A DNA stretch of 63,179 nucleotides, filler included, from Dirinaria sp. TL-2023a (GCA_051941275.1; 47 parts of 47 records of this genome joined end to end with filler, not necessarily neighbours in it); one strand, 5' to 3'; counted from the whole stretch's first letter, positions 11,714 through 23,457 are shown. The notes: generated from the sequence alone by a model not told the origin. Program-made: numbers and translations.

Positions 11714-12226
11714 ATGGATTTTCCAGACATGGGCAAAAGCATGGAGCAGTTTGAAGCCAAAACGAGTCAGACCTTTTCTGCTTGTCAACAGTCTTCAATC
11801 GCATACAAAGTCACTTGCAACACGCAGCAACGTCGCGAATCCTCCTTCAAAGCCTACACAGCATGGTCGCATCAGTATCCTTCGCAACAGCAGATGATTG
11901 AAGTCGGCTTTCAGTATGTACATTGGAAAGGCAGCGACTGTGTTGAGTGTTGTACCTGCAATTTGGAGCTTAACAACTGGAACAAGAGCGATGATCCTTG
12001 TGAGGGACATAAGAACTACTCACCCGACTGCCTATGGCTAAAAGAGCATCGTGATGAACTCGTGGCAGCGAGAAAGCATGTGCGTAAGCATCATACAAGA
12101 AAGTCAAATGCAGCATCAGATGCAGCACCAGAACCACCTTTCGCAGTTCCCTCACCTACTGCTCCAACGTCTACATTATCCTTCCTCACCATCACCGCCA
12201 TCGACAGTCTTCCTGCACCTGCTATT
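11714..12226 (+). CDS. BIR (IAP-type zinc finger) domain protein, 3' truncated, inside an LTR element
   Basis: RRESSF...W...GFQY...D.VECCTC-NLELNNWNKSDDPCEG-H-KNYSPD-C fits the BIR pattern CX2CX16HX6C. Confidence 0.88.
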
Positions 12227-12326
12227 NNNNNNNNNNNNNNNNNNNNNNNNNNNNNNNNNNNNNNNNNNNNTTAATTAATTAANNNNNNNNNNNNNNNNNN
12301 NNNNNNNNNNNNNNNNNNNNNNNNNN

Positions 12327-13094
12327 CCTATAGACCCCTTCGCGCCCCGTCCCCTCTCCCCCGAAAGCGCCTTCCGGGAATCCCTCTTCGACGCACTGGC
12401 CGACGACGAAGGCGCCGCGTTCTGGGAATCCGTCTACGGGCAACCGATACACCAGTATGCGCGGCCCGCTGCCTCCTCCAACCGCCCATCTTCGAGCGCG
12501 GAAGAGGGCTCGAACCTCGAAGCCATGACGGACGAAGAATACGTCTCGTACGTGCGGGCCCGGATGTGGGAGAAATCGCACGAGCACGTGCTCGAAGAGC
12601 GGGCGAAGCGGGATTCCGAACGGGCGCGGAAGAAAATGAAGCAGGAAGAAGCGAAGCGGTGGGACGAGGATGTTGAAGCGGCGCTGAGGAGAGGCGAGGA
12701 ACGACGGAGAAGGAGATGCATGGACGCTGCGTGGCAGAGGTATACGGCGCGCTGGGACGAGTTTTTGCACCGCCCTACTACTAAGCATGAGGAGAGCGCT
12801 GCCGCATTGAGGAAATCCATCCCCTGTCCCGTCCTCTCCGGGCGATGGCAGGATGTGGATCATGAGTCCGTGGAGCGCTTTTTCTTGAGCCATGCCCGAA
12901 CCGAGGAATCATTGGATCTGCGCGGCGTGCTCAAGGTTGAGCGGGTCCGTTGGCATCCGGATAAGATGCAGCAGCGGGTTGGGGCTGGGGTTGGGGCTGG
13001 AGGGATCGATGCCGAGACTATGAAGATGGTCACGGCTGTGTTTCAGGTTGTGGATGGGTTGTGGTTGCGGGCTAGGGATAAAAGCAAGAGCTAG
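12327..13094 (+). CDS. NFKBIL1-like conserved fungal protein (RWHPDK), 5' truncated
   Basis: AFRESLFDALADDEGA.FWESVYGQPIH, MTDEEYVSYVRARMWE and LKVERVRWHPDK motifs. Confidence 0.75.
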   Translation, partial: PIDPFAPRPLSPESAFRESLFDALADDEGAAFWESVYGQPIHQYARPAASSNRPSSSAEEGSNLEAMTDEEYVSYVRARMWEKSHEHVLEERAKRDSERARKKMKQEEAKRWDEDVEAALRRGEERRRRRCMDAAWQRYTARWDEFLHRPTTKHEESAAALRKSIPCPVLSGRWQDVDHESVERFFLSHARTEESLDLRGVLKVERVRWHPDKMQQRVGAGVGAGGIDAETMKMVTAVFQVVDGLWLRARDKSKS

Positions 13095-13528
13095 TTGATG
13101 CTCCTTATTCTGGAGCTCTGGATGATTGGTTGGTAGGAATGAGCTTCTTAGATTCGGATAATATAACAATCTTGTCTATGCAACACCTCTCTCCCTACGA
13201 AAAAAAAAGGAGATAATGTCGCCTCCTTGTGTGGTGCTTTCTACCAAAAAGCCCATTTAAGCCTGAGCGCAGAAAAAAAAGCTTTGCTTTTATCCCTTCC
13301 TCCCTTTGAACTTGGAAAAAGAAATCTATACTCATAGCTCAGGTAAAGAGGGGGAAAAATAAAAAAAGTTCAGTCACTCCATTTAAAAAAAATATCAACA
13401 GGAGTAGAAGTAAAGTTCCCCCCTCGACCTCCACCTCCCTCTGCTGGAATTGGAAATTCCTCCACTACTCCGAAAAGAACATTCATTTTTTCTCGCTCTC
13501 TTCAAATCTTATCGAATTTTATTCATTC

Positions 13529-13533
<5 letters not shown>

Positions 13534-13592
<59 letters not shown>
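13534..13592. repeat. (TC)n microsatellite
   Basis: Pure dinucleotide run up to the contig end. Confidence 0.95.
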
Positions 13593-13692
13593 NNNNNNNN
13601 NNNNNNNNNNNNNNNNNNNNNNNNNNNNNNNNNNNNTTAATTAATTAANNNNNNNNNNNNNNNNNNNNNNNNNNNNNNNNNNNNNNNNNNNN

Positions 13693-13836
13693 GAACACCT
13701 AAGTAGTAAGATAGGCACCAAGTCCCTTGACTTGGTTTAGTTAGTCTTTTGGCGCTGCCGGGACTTTTACCATTGGGAAACCTATCTAACCAAGGTTGGG
13801 TCTTTGACATATCTAACCAAGGTTGGGTCTTTGACA
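13693..13836 (+). mobile_element. LTR, family C, with its last 27 bp tandemly duplicated
   Basis: Matches 2143-2258. TATCTAACCAAGGTTGGGTCTTTGACA occurs at 13783-13809 and 13810-13836. Confidence 0.88.
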
Positions 13837-13980
13837 TCTATCTCCTTTCTTTCTACCTACCTCCTTCTTACTCATCTCTTTCCTACCTACCCACCTTCTA
13901 CCTACCCATCTCCTACCTACCCACCTCCTTTCTACTCACCTTCTTCCTACCTACCTACCTCCTATCTACCTATCTCCTAC
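13837..13980. repeat. CCTA/CT-rich low-complexity tract
   Basis: Many imperfect CCTAC/CTAC units with no G on the + strand. Confidence 0.8.
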
Positions 13981-14602
13981 ATGCGACTCGCGAGAACGTC
14001 GTTTAATGAATCTCTCGTAAGCCGTGATAAATGCAGATCATAAATTCATAACAGAAGAAAGCTTCTGACACGATTCAGCTTCTTCTATCAGTGTAGAAAG
14101 CTTAGCTCCGCGTCATTGAGATCTGTTGAAAACGAGCAACAGATGAAATCTACATTACAATTTACACGGCATGAGGTATTGATGATGAGCTTGTGATTTC
14201 TCACATTTTTTAGATCAGAGTGATGTTCCCCGACGTTTCTCATCAAATTTTGATGAGGGACCTCAGGGAATATTATTCACCTCAAGAGAGGCCTTTCGAA
14301 GAGAAACTATGACAAAATTTAGATAAAATTACTAAATAAATTATTATGAGTGCTTGCTATATGAAATGAACTATCTACCGCATATATTATCGCATTGCAG
14401 AAAATTGCCTAGATGATTACACTGCATGCTGATAAATTGCTTTGAGAAATTCTCTCAAACGTCTATGATTTTGAGTCTAGATAATGATCGTGTTTCTACA
14501 GAAACATCTCGTTGCGTATCATTTTGCTAAGTTTATTCAATGAGTGATTGTTCGATGCTCTACGAGCCTCGATAACTTTCATCATCGCTCGTACAGAGTC
14601 AT

Positions 14603-14824
14603 TGTTATGGGAGCCGACCAAAAGGTATCAAAATTTGGGGAAAAGAAGATGAAGTTCTATTCCTGCCTAAAACTATCTAATATGCTATATGAACTAGTTA
14701 CATGCGAAAGAAAAGGCAGTCACCAGGGACTGAAGTCCCGGGTCCATGGACCCTGGTCCTATAAATATGGTCCTGGTCCTATGACTATAGTCCTTAGTGC
14801 CATAATACCCATGATACCATAACA
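14603..14824. mobile_element. Putative LTR
   Basis: 8-bp inverted termini TGTTATGG...CCATAACA and an internal TATAAA, in repeat-like DNA. No second copy and no TSD seen. Confidence 0.55.
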
Positions 14825-15144
14825 ATCTGCCATCAATAAACAAAAAGACCAACGCCCTCGTTGACTTCTTAGCAAGAGCTAAGAAAATGAGTGTTCGCAA
14901 ACGACGTCGAGATGACTCTGATACGACGTCTTGACCGCGTTGTTGATATAGTGACANNNNNNNNNNNNNNNNNNNNNNNNNNNNNNNNNNNNNNNNNNNN
15001 TTAATTAATTAANNNNNNNNNNNNNNNNNNNNNNNNNNNNNNNNNNNNNNNNNNNNGACCTTCGTAACAATACTGTCCTTGTCGTTCCCCCCAAGCCGAG
15101 CAACCTCTCAGTTGTGATCGCGGTTCGACTGCCGCCAGCCCATC

Positions 15145-16317
15145 ATGAGCGCGATTCTTCGTAGATCGCGGCCTCAGAAAGGCGATGTTGAGCCTCAGAG
15201 CATGGGCGAAGGTCTAGCAGAGACTGGTCAACCCGCGCCTACGTCAAACTTGGGCCCGCGAGTAGTGAACCCGGGCGGTGTCAACACAGTGATCGAGTAA
15301 AAATATACCAACCGCGTCATGCTTCTGAGAGTTGATCACAGGCTTTAGCATAGTATTCATCCATGGCCTTACGGGCGATAGAGAATCAACGTGGACTGCC
15401 AAGGGCGCTCCAGCCTGCTGGCCGGAACTGTTTCTCTCCAACGATCTCCCCGAGGCCAGAATCATTACATACGGGTACGATGCGGACGTGGTCAACTTTT
15501 GGTCGATGGCATCACAAAACACGGTTGGCGACCATAGTCAAAAGTTCTTGTCGTCTCTCGCCAACCTCAGGGATAGTACAAATACTGTTGGTTCAATGGT
15601 CATTCTGTGGGCTGCTCAACTGATACTTTTACAGAGCACGAGACCGCTAGCATTCGTTGCGCATAGTATGGGCGGGATTGTCTGTCAAGATGTAAAATCA
15701 GATCTTTTGGCTCAGGGACAATCTCTGATACGCGATAGGCATTGTTGAAATCGAGGAGTAGTATCGACCAACATACTCAGCGTATCTTTGAGTATACAAA
15801 AGGCATTCTCTTCATGGGAACTCCACATTGTGGGTCAGGTCTTGCAGAATTGGCGGTTACCGGCAGCAAGTTTCTTCGGTATTTTCGTCGAGTCAATCAT
15901 GGAGCTTTGGAAATCCTGCAGCAGAAATCTGAGGTCATGGCAAGAATACGGCAAGATTTTCACACAATGCTACGAGGTCGGGACCAAAGCAAAGACAAGG
16001 AGATCACAGTCATATGCTTTTATGAAGAGCTTCCAGTCCAGGCTATTGGAGAGGTAATTAATTGTTGGAATGATCAGGAAATGTCTTATAACTGACCCTC
16101 GCAAGATTGTGCCAAAACATGCAGCTTGCCTCGACAGGTATACATCCATTGGCGTTCACGCAAACCATATGAATATGACGAAATTTTTGAGCCATCAAGA
16201 TCCCGATTATCGAAACGTACTTTCCGAGCTTCAAAGGTTCGTTCAGTCTCATATGCAGCAAACGGAAAAGGAGCTGCCCTCAGCAGCCTCTGTATGCCCT
16301 GAAATCCAGGGACAATC
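15145..16317 (+). CDS. SesB/SERAC1-like alpha/beta hydrolase (NLR effector-type lipase fold), multi-intron, 3' truncated
   Basis: IVFIHGLTG, WPELFLSNDLPEARIITYGYDA, FVAHSMGG (nucleophile elbow), GILFMGTPHCGS, CFYEE and ANHMNMTKF motifs. Confidence 0.88.
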
Positions 16318-17121
16318 NNNNNNNNNNNNNNNNNNNNNNNNNNNNNNNNNNNNNNNNNNNNTTAATTAATTAANNNNNNNNNNNNNNNNNNNNNNNNNNN
16401 NNNNNNNNNNNNNNNNNGATGATATTGTGCTGGTGAAGCGTTGGAGCTAAAAACGATCGTCGCCGCTTGCTAGTACGGGATGCAGATCCGAACGCACAGT
16501 CTTAAGACGGTACTGGAGGAGCCGACAGCTGCATGAGCTGTGCGAGCGGGGAGGGAAGGAAAACGAAGGAAAGAGAATAAAGGAATAGAAACTGTTAACG
16601 AAGACAGGAAGGAAAGAATGTGTTCATTTTCCATTATCGCCGCTTTTTTAGTAGACATGCGAAGGCTCTGCGCCGAGTGATCTCGCTAATCACTGCGGAT
16701 CCACTACGTCCGTAAGACCTGTTGACCTGATCTCGGATAGAATGGCGATCGAGCAGCAGCTCACCCCCAAGAAGGGGGCGCAGCCACCCAGGATCACCCG
16801 GGGTCACCCCGGATCACCCAGGGTCGCGCGACGATCATCCGGGTCGCGCGACCTTAAGGCGGCGCTCACCCGAGGCCCGATGAGGGGTGCGACCGAGGCA
16901 GATTTCTGTCTTCTTGGCATCGTGACTTCATTCAACCATCCGAGCCACCATGTCTGCAGCGTACATCAGCGACAATCATGATTGTCACTGAAATTTTACA
17001 GATGTAAGTCGCCACCTTTCAGTCTCCATATTCGATATCAATCTTCGATGCCTTCGGGCTGCAGTGATGACGCCATATGGTAGCCTAGAAGCAGGGCGTT
17101 GTTAATACGCCTTCTCCCGTG

Positions 17122-17678
17122 ATGGCTCACCTTTTCAATAAGACTACAACGGTATCTGAGCACCCGGAGAATACTGGCCGGCTAAGTAAGCAAGTCTCAG
17201 CAAACGCTGATCAATTGCAGCCCAATCGAGCGCTATGATCATAGCCTCATGGTGGCCCGATTTAGGATCATGGCCATGGTTTGGCACCAGAGCTGGCCAA
17301 GTTGAAAGGCCCAAAAACACGCCCGTGAATCCTTCGAGGCCCACGAGACCGAACTATAACTTGATTCACGCAAAACCTCTGCCCCTTGATGTCTATCCTC
17401 TGCCACCACTGACACCCCACAACCCACTATCACTAATTCATGTAACCGCCGTCTATCTCTGGCATTTGGCGATCCGAGCCTCGTCCCACTCCAAAATCCC
17501 ATACCGGGCCTACTGGTCTCCCGAAACTCGCTCGATACATGTGACGGATGAGGTAACAATCCGAGCTTTATGGGAGAAAGGATTTTTTGGTAAGGGGAGC
17601 TTGAGCAGAAGCGAACCGACCTGGCTCGAACGAGAGAAGAGGCGTCAGGGTATTGTAGCGAAAGACACTAGCGAAGAG
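17122..17678 (+). CDS. SEN2: tRNA-splicing endonuclease subunit Sen2, 5' part
   Basis: LWEKGFFGKGSLSRSEPTW signature. A GT-AG intron at 17186-17220 keeps the frame. Confidence 0.88.
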
Positions 17679-17778
17679 NNNNNNNNNNNNNNNNNNNNNN
17701 NNNNNNNNNNNNNNNNNNNNNNTTAATTAATTAANNNNNNNNNNNNNNNNNNNNNNNNNNNNNNNNNNNNNNNNNNNN

Positions 17779-18060
17779 TTTTTTCACGCTCGATACTCGA
17801 CTATTTTCACGTCAAATACTCGAGTATGATCACGCACGTTACTCGGCGTTTTTTGAGATAGACTCACGAGAGCTCGCCGTTTTTGAAGAGAGAAATGATA
17901 TCACGAGTTTAGTGCGATAGTGTTGAAGCTCTCGAGGTTCCTCCGAGAGAGCGCTAGCGGACGAGGTTTCTATTTAAACCTCGCCCCCATGTATCTTAGT
18001 TCTACATAGCTAGTATTCTCGTCAATATCATATCTATCTATGCAGTCTAGATCCCTGACA
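17779..18060 (+). mobile_element. Internal 3' end, PPT and LTR of family F
   Basis: Near-identical to about 9997-10278. Confidence 0.88.
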
Positions 18061-18506
18061 TCGACAAACAGCAAAAATTTGACTTATTTTGATTTTAAAC
18101 GATTTCATGATTTGACGCAGATCATTGTTTAGATTTGAAAAATTCATCATGTAAAAGATAATAAATAAGATGTTGAAAATATGATGTTAGCAAATTGATA
18201 ATCTTATTTTGCTGATCGAGTAAATGAGTTTGAAGTTTTGTTGTGCTCAAATCGATGCTTTAAATGAGTTGCAAATAATGTTGCAAATGAGATAAATGAT
18301 GTTTATGTTGCTAACAAGCAATTGAGTGTTTTTAAAATTGTACGTTTTTATCGCAAGCGAGCTAAATGCTTTTGAAACTGTTGTCAACAAGATGACTGTT
18401 TACTGCGATGTAGTTAAATGCTACAAGCAAACATCGATATTCTATCGATAGAAGACAGATGATCGAAGCATGTTGATGCTATCATTTGTTAGAGCACGAA
18501 GTCACA
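18061..18506 (-). mobile_element. Degraded relative of the BIR-carrying element (putative 125-bp LTR at 18382-18506, leader, ORF start)
   Basis: Leader aligns with 11520-11713. ORF MNFSNL...MKSFKIKISQIFAVCR aligns with MDFPDM...MEQFEAKTSQTFSACQ. Confidence 0.75.
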
Positions 18507-18763
18507 GATGGTTATACACACAGTGTAATGGGTAATAATATAGGTAAAAGCTATTGATAACGATGATAATAGGTACATGATGACCGGAGTACAATAGAAA
18601 TACCCAGTGCGGGCCGGGGATAAGCCCTATGACCGACCCTAAACCCGATTTGGCATGACCTCCGCAAGACACATGGAAAATCTATAACACTCGAGATTTT
18701 AGCGAAAAATAAAATTTTCAAAATACAATTCGCTGACTGATTCCAGAGAAACAATTAATATAA

Positions 18764-18925
18764 TGTTAGAGATTTAAACTGCATAAATAAATATGATATT
18801 GACGAGAATATTAGTTATGCAGATCTAAGATACATGAGAGCGAGATTTAAGTAGAAACCTCGTTCGCTAGCGCTCCCGAGGTTCCTTCGAGGGAGCTCCA
18901 ATACTATCGCGTTAAACCCGTGACA
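18764..18925 (-). mobile_element. LTR, family F
   Basis: Reverse complement of 10117-10278. Confidence 0.87.
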
Positions 18926-19797
18926 TTAGAAATCAAGATAGCAAAGAGAGAGCAATCATATTTGAATGAAGAAACGAGCCGCTCTTTTTTTTTTTTTTTT
19001 TGATTTCTCAGTTATTAGTCTTAGCAATAAAAATAGACCNNNNNNNNNNNNNNNNNNNNNNNNNNNNNNNNNNNNNNNNNNNNTTAATTAATTAANNNNN
19101 NNNNNNNNNNNNNNNNNNNNNNNNNNNNNNNNNNNNNNNCGGCGGGTCAATCCTCCCGCCGACGCCATATGACTGCGTGGTGGACTTATTGGTGGTGCAC
19201 TATAATTTCGTGGGAACGAGGTTAGGCATGCGATGCTCTTTTTGGGGGGGGGGCTTCCCGATTTCACATGAAGCACACGATCGCGAGCGGGCTTTTATTG
19301 GAAGGTGTTGTTGAGGGTGTTGTTCATTATCAGCTCTGGATTGGCTTTTTCAATGGATGATCTTTGCAAGCAAGCACAGGTTTTCCATGGAAGAAGGAGC
19401 CTTGTAAAGTACATATGCTTTCACAACGTTGAATGGGAGGCTCAGCATGCCGAGTACTGTAACTCGGTTACGGTTGGGGCGCTTCCCCAAACAGTCCTAG
19501 TGCTTCAAAACCAGCCTTGTGTGCTCTCAGGAACAAACGTCCAATTGTTAAGTACTGCAAATCGTAGTAAAAACAGCTGCTTCAAATTTTAATAAAATGT
19601 TATAAATTGGAGATATCTGTTTATTCCCCTGTTGTTCCCCTATGCATAGTGCGGAGATGATAGGAAAAAAATAGATAATTTCCTTTAATTTACATCGACC
19701 TGATTTCGCGCCAGTACAAGAGGATCGTTTGTTTTGTCAAGCTTTCCACCTTATCCCCCCCTTCCCTTCATTCGTGCGAAAATGGGGGGCTCATGGC

Positions 19798-20399
19798 TTA
19801 GTGTGCTGCGTCTCTTGCATCAACATGGAGAATCTTTAGACGGAGTTCTTGAAAGTAGCTTACCATCCGGCTGTGACAGTATGTAGTTGACGGCTTTGTC
19901 GACTGCATTCGAACGTTAGATGGCCAGATCTCGGGAATCAATGTAAAATTGGAAGATTGAGCTTACTGCTATGGATCGCGTCGGCCTCCTTATCGGGTAT
20001 CTCTATACTGAACTCCTACAACCCTTGCCTCAGCTCCTGTGTACTCGTAGTATTCTTTTTGACTGGTGGGGGTAGTTAAATCATACCTCCTCAATTGCCA
20101 TGACCACCTCAACTGTGTCCAAGCTGTCAAGGCCCAGATCATTCGAGAAATGTGACACGTTCGTGAGCTGCAGAAAGTCTGTTGTCAGGCTTTTCGCACA
20201 TTTGCCGGGGAGAACTACAGCTCCGCGCGTACCTTGGATGCATCGGTTACCTGGGATAGATCCGTTAATCACCCTGTATGAACCTGTTTTGGTAGATGTC
20301 TCTCTCTCGCTCACCTTGTCGAAGTTCTTTAGAAGATCCATGATCCTGCCCTCAACTTCCAGCTTCGACAGGCCCGAAGGTGCCGAGTACCATCTTATG
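19798..20399 (-). CDS. ACP1: Mitochondrial acyl carrier protein, multi-exon, 5' truncated
   Basis: RIMDLLKNFDKV | HFSNDLGLDSLDTVEVVMAIEE | EFSIEIPDKEADAIHS | VDKAVNYILSQPD | AH*. Confidence 0.93.
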
Positions 20400-23217
20400 N
20401 NNNNNNNNNNNNNNNNNNNNNNNNNNNNNNNNNNNNNNNNNNNTTAATTAATTAANNNNNNNNNNNNNNNNNNNNNNNNNNNNNNNNNNNNNNNNNNNNC
20501 GGACAAGAGAGCAGTGTTTCTCCTCAGTCGGTCAAACGATTATGCAAAAAGAAAGGAATTTAGGACTGATGTTCCCTTCCCGCTCAGCTATGAGCGAAAA
20601 TGATTGCCAGATCTGCTTTCTGTATCGGATGAAACTCGTGCGGAGATTGTTCCAATTGTGCGATATTAATACACTGGTCTTTGAAAGGAGATGTGCTACG
20701 CTGTCTCTCTGTCTTGCAACATGGAATATGAGAGCCCGGGCTCAGATTCCTCCACACAAGGTGAAAGATGGCAGAAAAAAGCACCAAAAGCAAGTCATGC
20801 TCAAGACGAGAAATTAGGGGGACTGCTGTTCCTGCTAGATAGGTAATTTCCATCTGTTGAACTGGGCACTTAGAATCTAGCAGTCACTGCTCAGGAGTGA
20901 CTCCGGCCTCTCGCGGAATTGATGCTCGATTCAGTTTAGCACTATCCTCACTGAGACGCGGCATATCATGGATCATGAGGTACTCATATCTTTTACATTT
21001 ATATGTCGAAGTTTTGCCTTTTTTTTCTTCTTGTTTTTTTAAAATGATGCTCATGCATTTACCTTTTGGATATGAACCCGATGAATAGAAATGGAAGAGA
21101 TGAAGAAGGTGTATATGTGTTTGTAGTAGTGGTGATCTACCTTTTTTTTTTTTTGGTGGAGAGATTGGATGTATGTGTGTATGCTATTATTGTTCGGAAG
21201 GGGTTTTAGGTTCGTTTTCTTGGCTGGAGGGAGGTTTTTAATTCGTTTGATGGAAGCGTAAATGTGTGCTTCGATCAGATTACATTATGTTGGGTAATAT
21301 CAGTAAAACTTGATGAGAGATTCGTTGAGTGTACCTTATGAGCTTTCTCTTAAAAGGATGGACTGGGGCAGGCAAGATTCCCCCCCCTTTTTTTTTATTT
21401 TTAAACCTAAACCCGATTAATGGGAGAAGAAGAGTCTGCTATACCTCTACAGTAGTAATCAAGCATCCTAACATCGCGTTGTGAAGTTTTTCAGTTTGAA
21501 AGCAGATCCCTTAAATACGCTATTAAATTAAGTGGTTCAAGAGGAACATTTTTTTAAAAGGGGGGTAGGCGGGAAAGGGAAAGAAGGTAAGCCGGAAGGG
21601 AGGATTATAATGAGATAAGTGATTGAGCTGGGTTTGAAGGAATTTACTGAGGTATGGCGGAGAAGATAAGAGGAGGGATTGAGGAACGCGTGGGGGGACT
21701 GATTGATATCGCTTCGCGGCTCTGGCAATGTCAATTGCATCCCAGGATTTGGACGAACNNNNNNNNNNNNNNNNNNNNNNNNNNNNNNNNNNNNNNNNNN
21801 NNTTAATTAATTAANNNNNNNNNNNNNNNNNNNNNNNNNNNNNNNNNNNNNNNNNNNNGGAAATCATCGGTACCAGGGCTCGTTCAGGGTTCGGTCCGAC
21901 TAGTTGTCCCGGCGTTTCACCGCCTATTATACTTAACCTGAGAAATCTCTGCCATAGCTTGTTCCTCCTTAATGCCAATAATCATCCTACTTTGGTGCCT
22001 CCCATTGCATATATTCCAACACCGTGACCTTGTGGTATATTATTCTGCGCAGCGGCTATGGCCCTATAGGATCCTTGGCCTGGGACTGACCCAATCATAC
22101 GGTGGTTGCGTCTATAATTGTCTAGCAAGAACATTTCATTTGGGAATAACGATCGGAGAATTTCCTCTGAAGAAGAGCTGTGCGGCGTCGATGCCATGAC
22201 TGTAAAGAGTTTGCTTCTATGACGCGTTTTCGAATCGAAGAAACCGAGATGAGTACGAAGCTGGTGTACTGAAGAGCTTAAAATATTCGATGGCAATTAA
22301 GACTGTGAAGATCAGGTCCAGGCACTTTGTGTCAAAGCTTTCACCAATAACCGTGACCTCCTGCACAACTATGTTGTTAAAGGAGCTACACAACAGACAC
22401 CAGCAATTTCTTCTGAAGTGGACAAAAGTCCAACGGCTCAATCGGTTCTTCTTTTCAAAACTGAAATTAGGAAGATAGCAGGAAGCTAATGAGATCTTGA
22501 GAAGTATGAATGCTTTGAGGATCTTGGTGTCATAGGTGGCTCATCATTAGCAGACAACAAGTCTGGTGTCTGAAAAGCTCCGCGTTAAATAAGCAGCTCA
22601 GTCACTGAAAGGGTTTAGTGGATGTTAAAGAAGAGGAGGTGTTCCACTGAATTACCTTCACATCTCGCATACTACCCAGTGACATTGGACGGGTTTTGTG
22701 TTCAAGCAGTATCCCGACAATTTTACGCTCTTTACAATCATGGTTCATCAGGATTCACACATTGGCTCACAGAGCCTGATCCCTGCGATCTGATTCCAGG
22801 GTTTGAGTGGAGCATGTCCTCTTGTGCATATCATGGAGCATGTGCTCCCTGCTCCTCTCATTTCCTTATTGGGAGCAACCCCAGACTTCTTCGCATTGTG
22901 TCTCCTAACTTGCTGCACAAATTGCACACGCAGCAATGCGATCTATTCCCAGAGGATTTCTTTTCCATCCAGGAAAAGAAGATGCAGGGTCTTAATTTCA
23001 GGCTCTTCAACATCGTTCTTTGGCTAATGAATCTCTCGTATTCAACCACAACCCAACATACAGGAATGAAGCAGCACGTGTCAACCCATGGCAGCAGCAG
23101 TGGTGAATATTAGACAGNNNNNNNNNNNNNNNNNNNNNNNNNNNNNNNNNNNNNNNNNNNNTTAATTAATTAANNNNNNNNNNNNNNNNNNNNNNNNNNN
23201 NNNNNNNNNNNNNNNNN

Positions 23218-23457
23218 TTCTTGACCTCTGCTAATACCGTCAGACAGATGCGAAGTGCGGCGACAACGGAAGTGCTACTGACGATTCCGATAGACTTGCC
23301 ATGCTCCAAGTATGACCACGACAATCGCTGAAAATGGCAGCCAATGCCAGTCCCATAAACTTACCCCCAGACAGAGCACCGCAGAAGGGACGTAGACACC
23401 TGTGATATACTGTGGTGAGAGGGGACCAGACGGTCTTCTTTGGTGGGCCGTAGACAT
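23218..23457 (-). CDS. CBR1: NADH-cytochrome b5 reductase, N-terminal exon(s)
   Basis: GVYVPSAVLCLGVSLWDWHWLPFSAIVVVILG membrane anchor typical of ascomycete Cbr1, then an intron. Confidence 0.65.

Noticed and set aside
12279..12893. Long antisense or overlapping ORFs in GC-rich genes (also 43876-44394, 49144-49672, 26037-26402)
   Set aside because: These are shadow frames of real genes with strong codon bias and contain no recognisable motifs.
8227..16317. TPR-NLR, BIR and SesB-like genes as one immune or cell-death cluster
   Set aside because: They are on separate contigs ordered only by length, so no linkage can be inferred.
16785..16826. Four ~10-bp CACCCxGGxT repeats upstream of SEN2
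   Set aside because: Short and imperfect, with no evidence of function beyond a possible promoter minisatellite.
21859..23117. Coding-like composition suggesting a decayed gene
   Set aside because: Stops occur in all frames and I recognise no motif. BLASTX would be needed.
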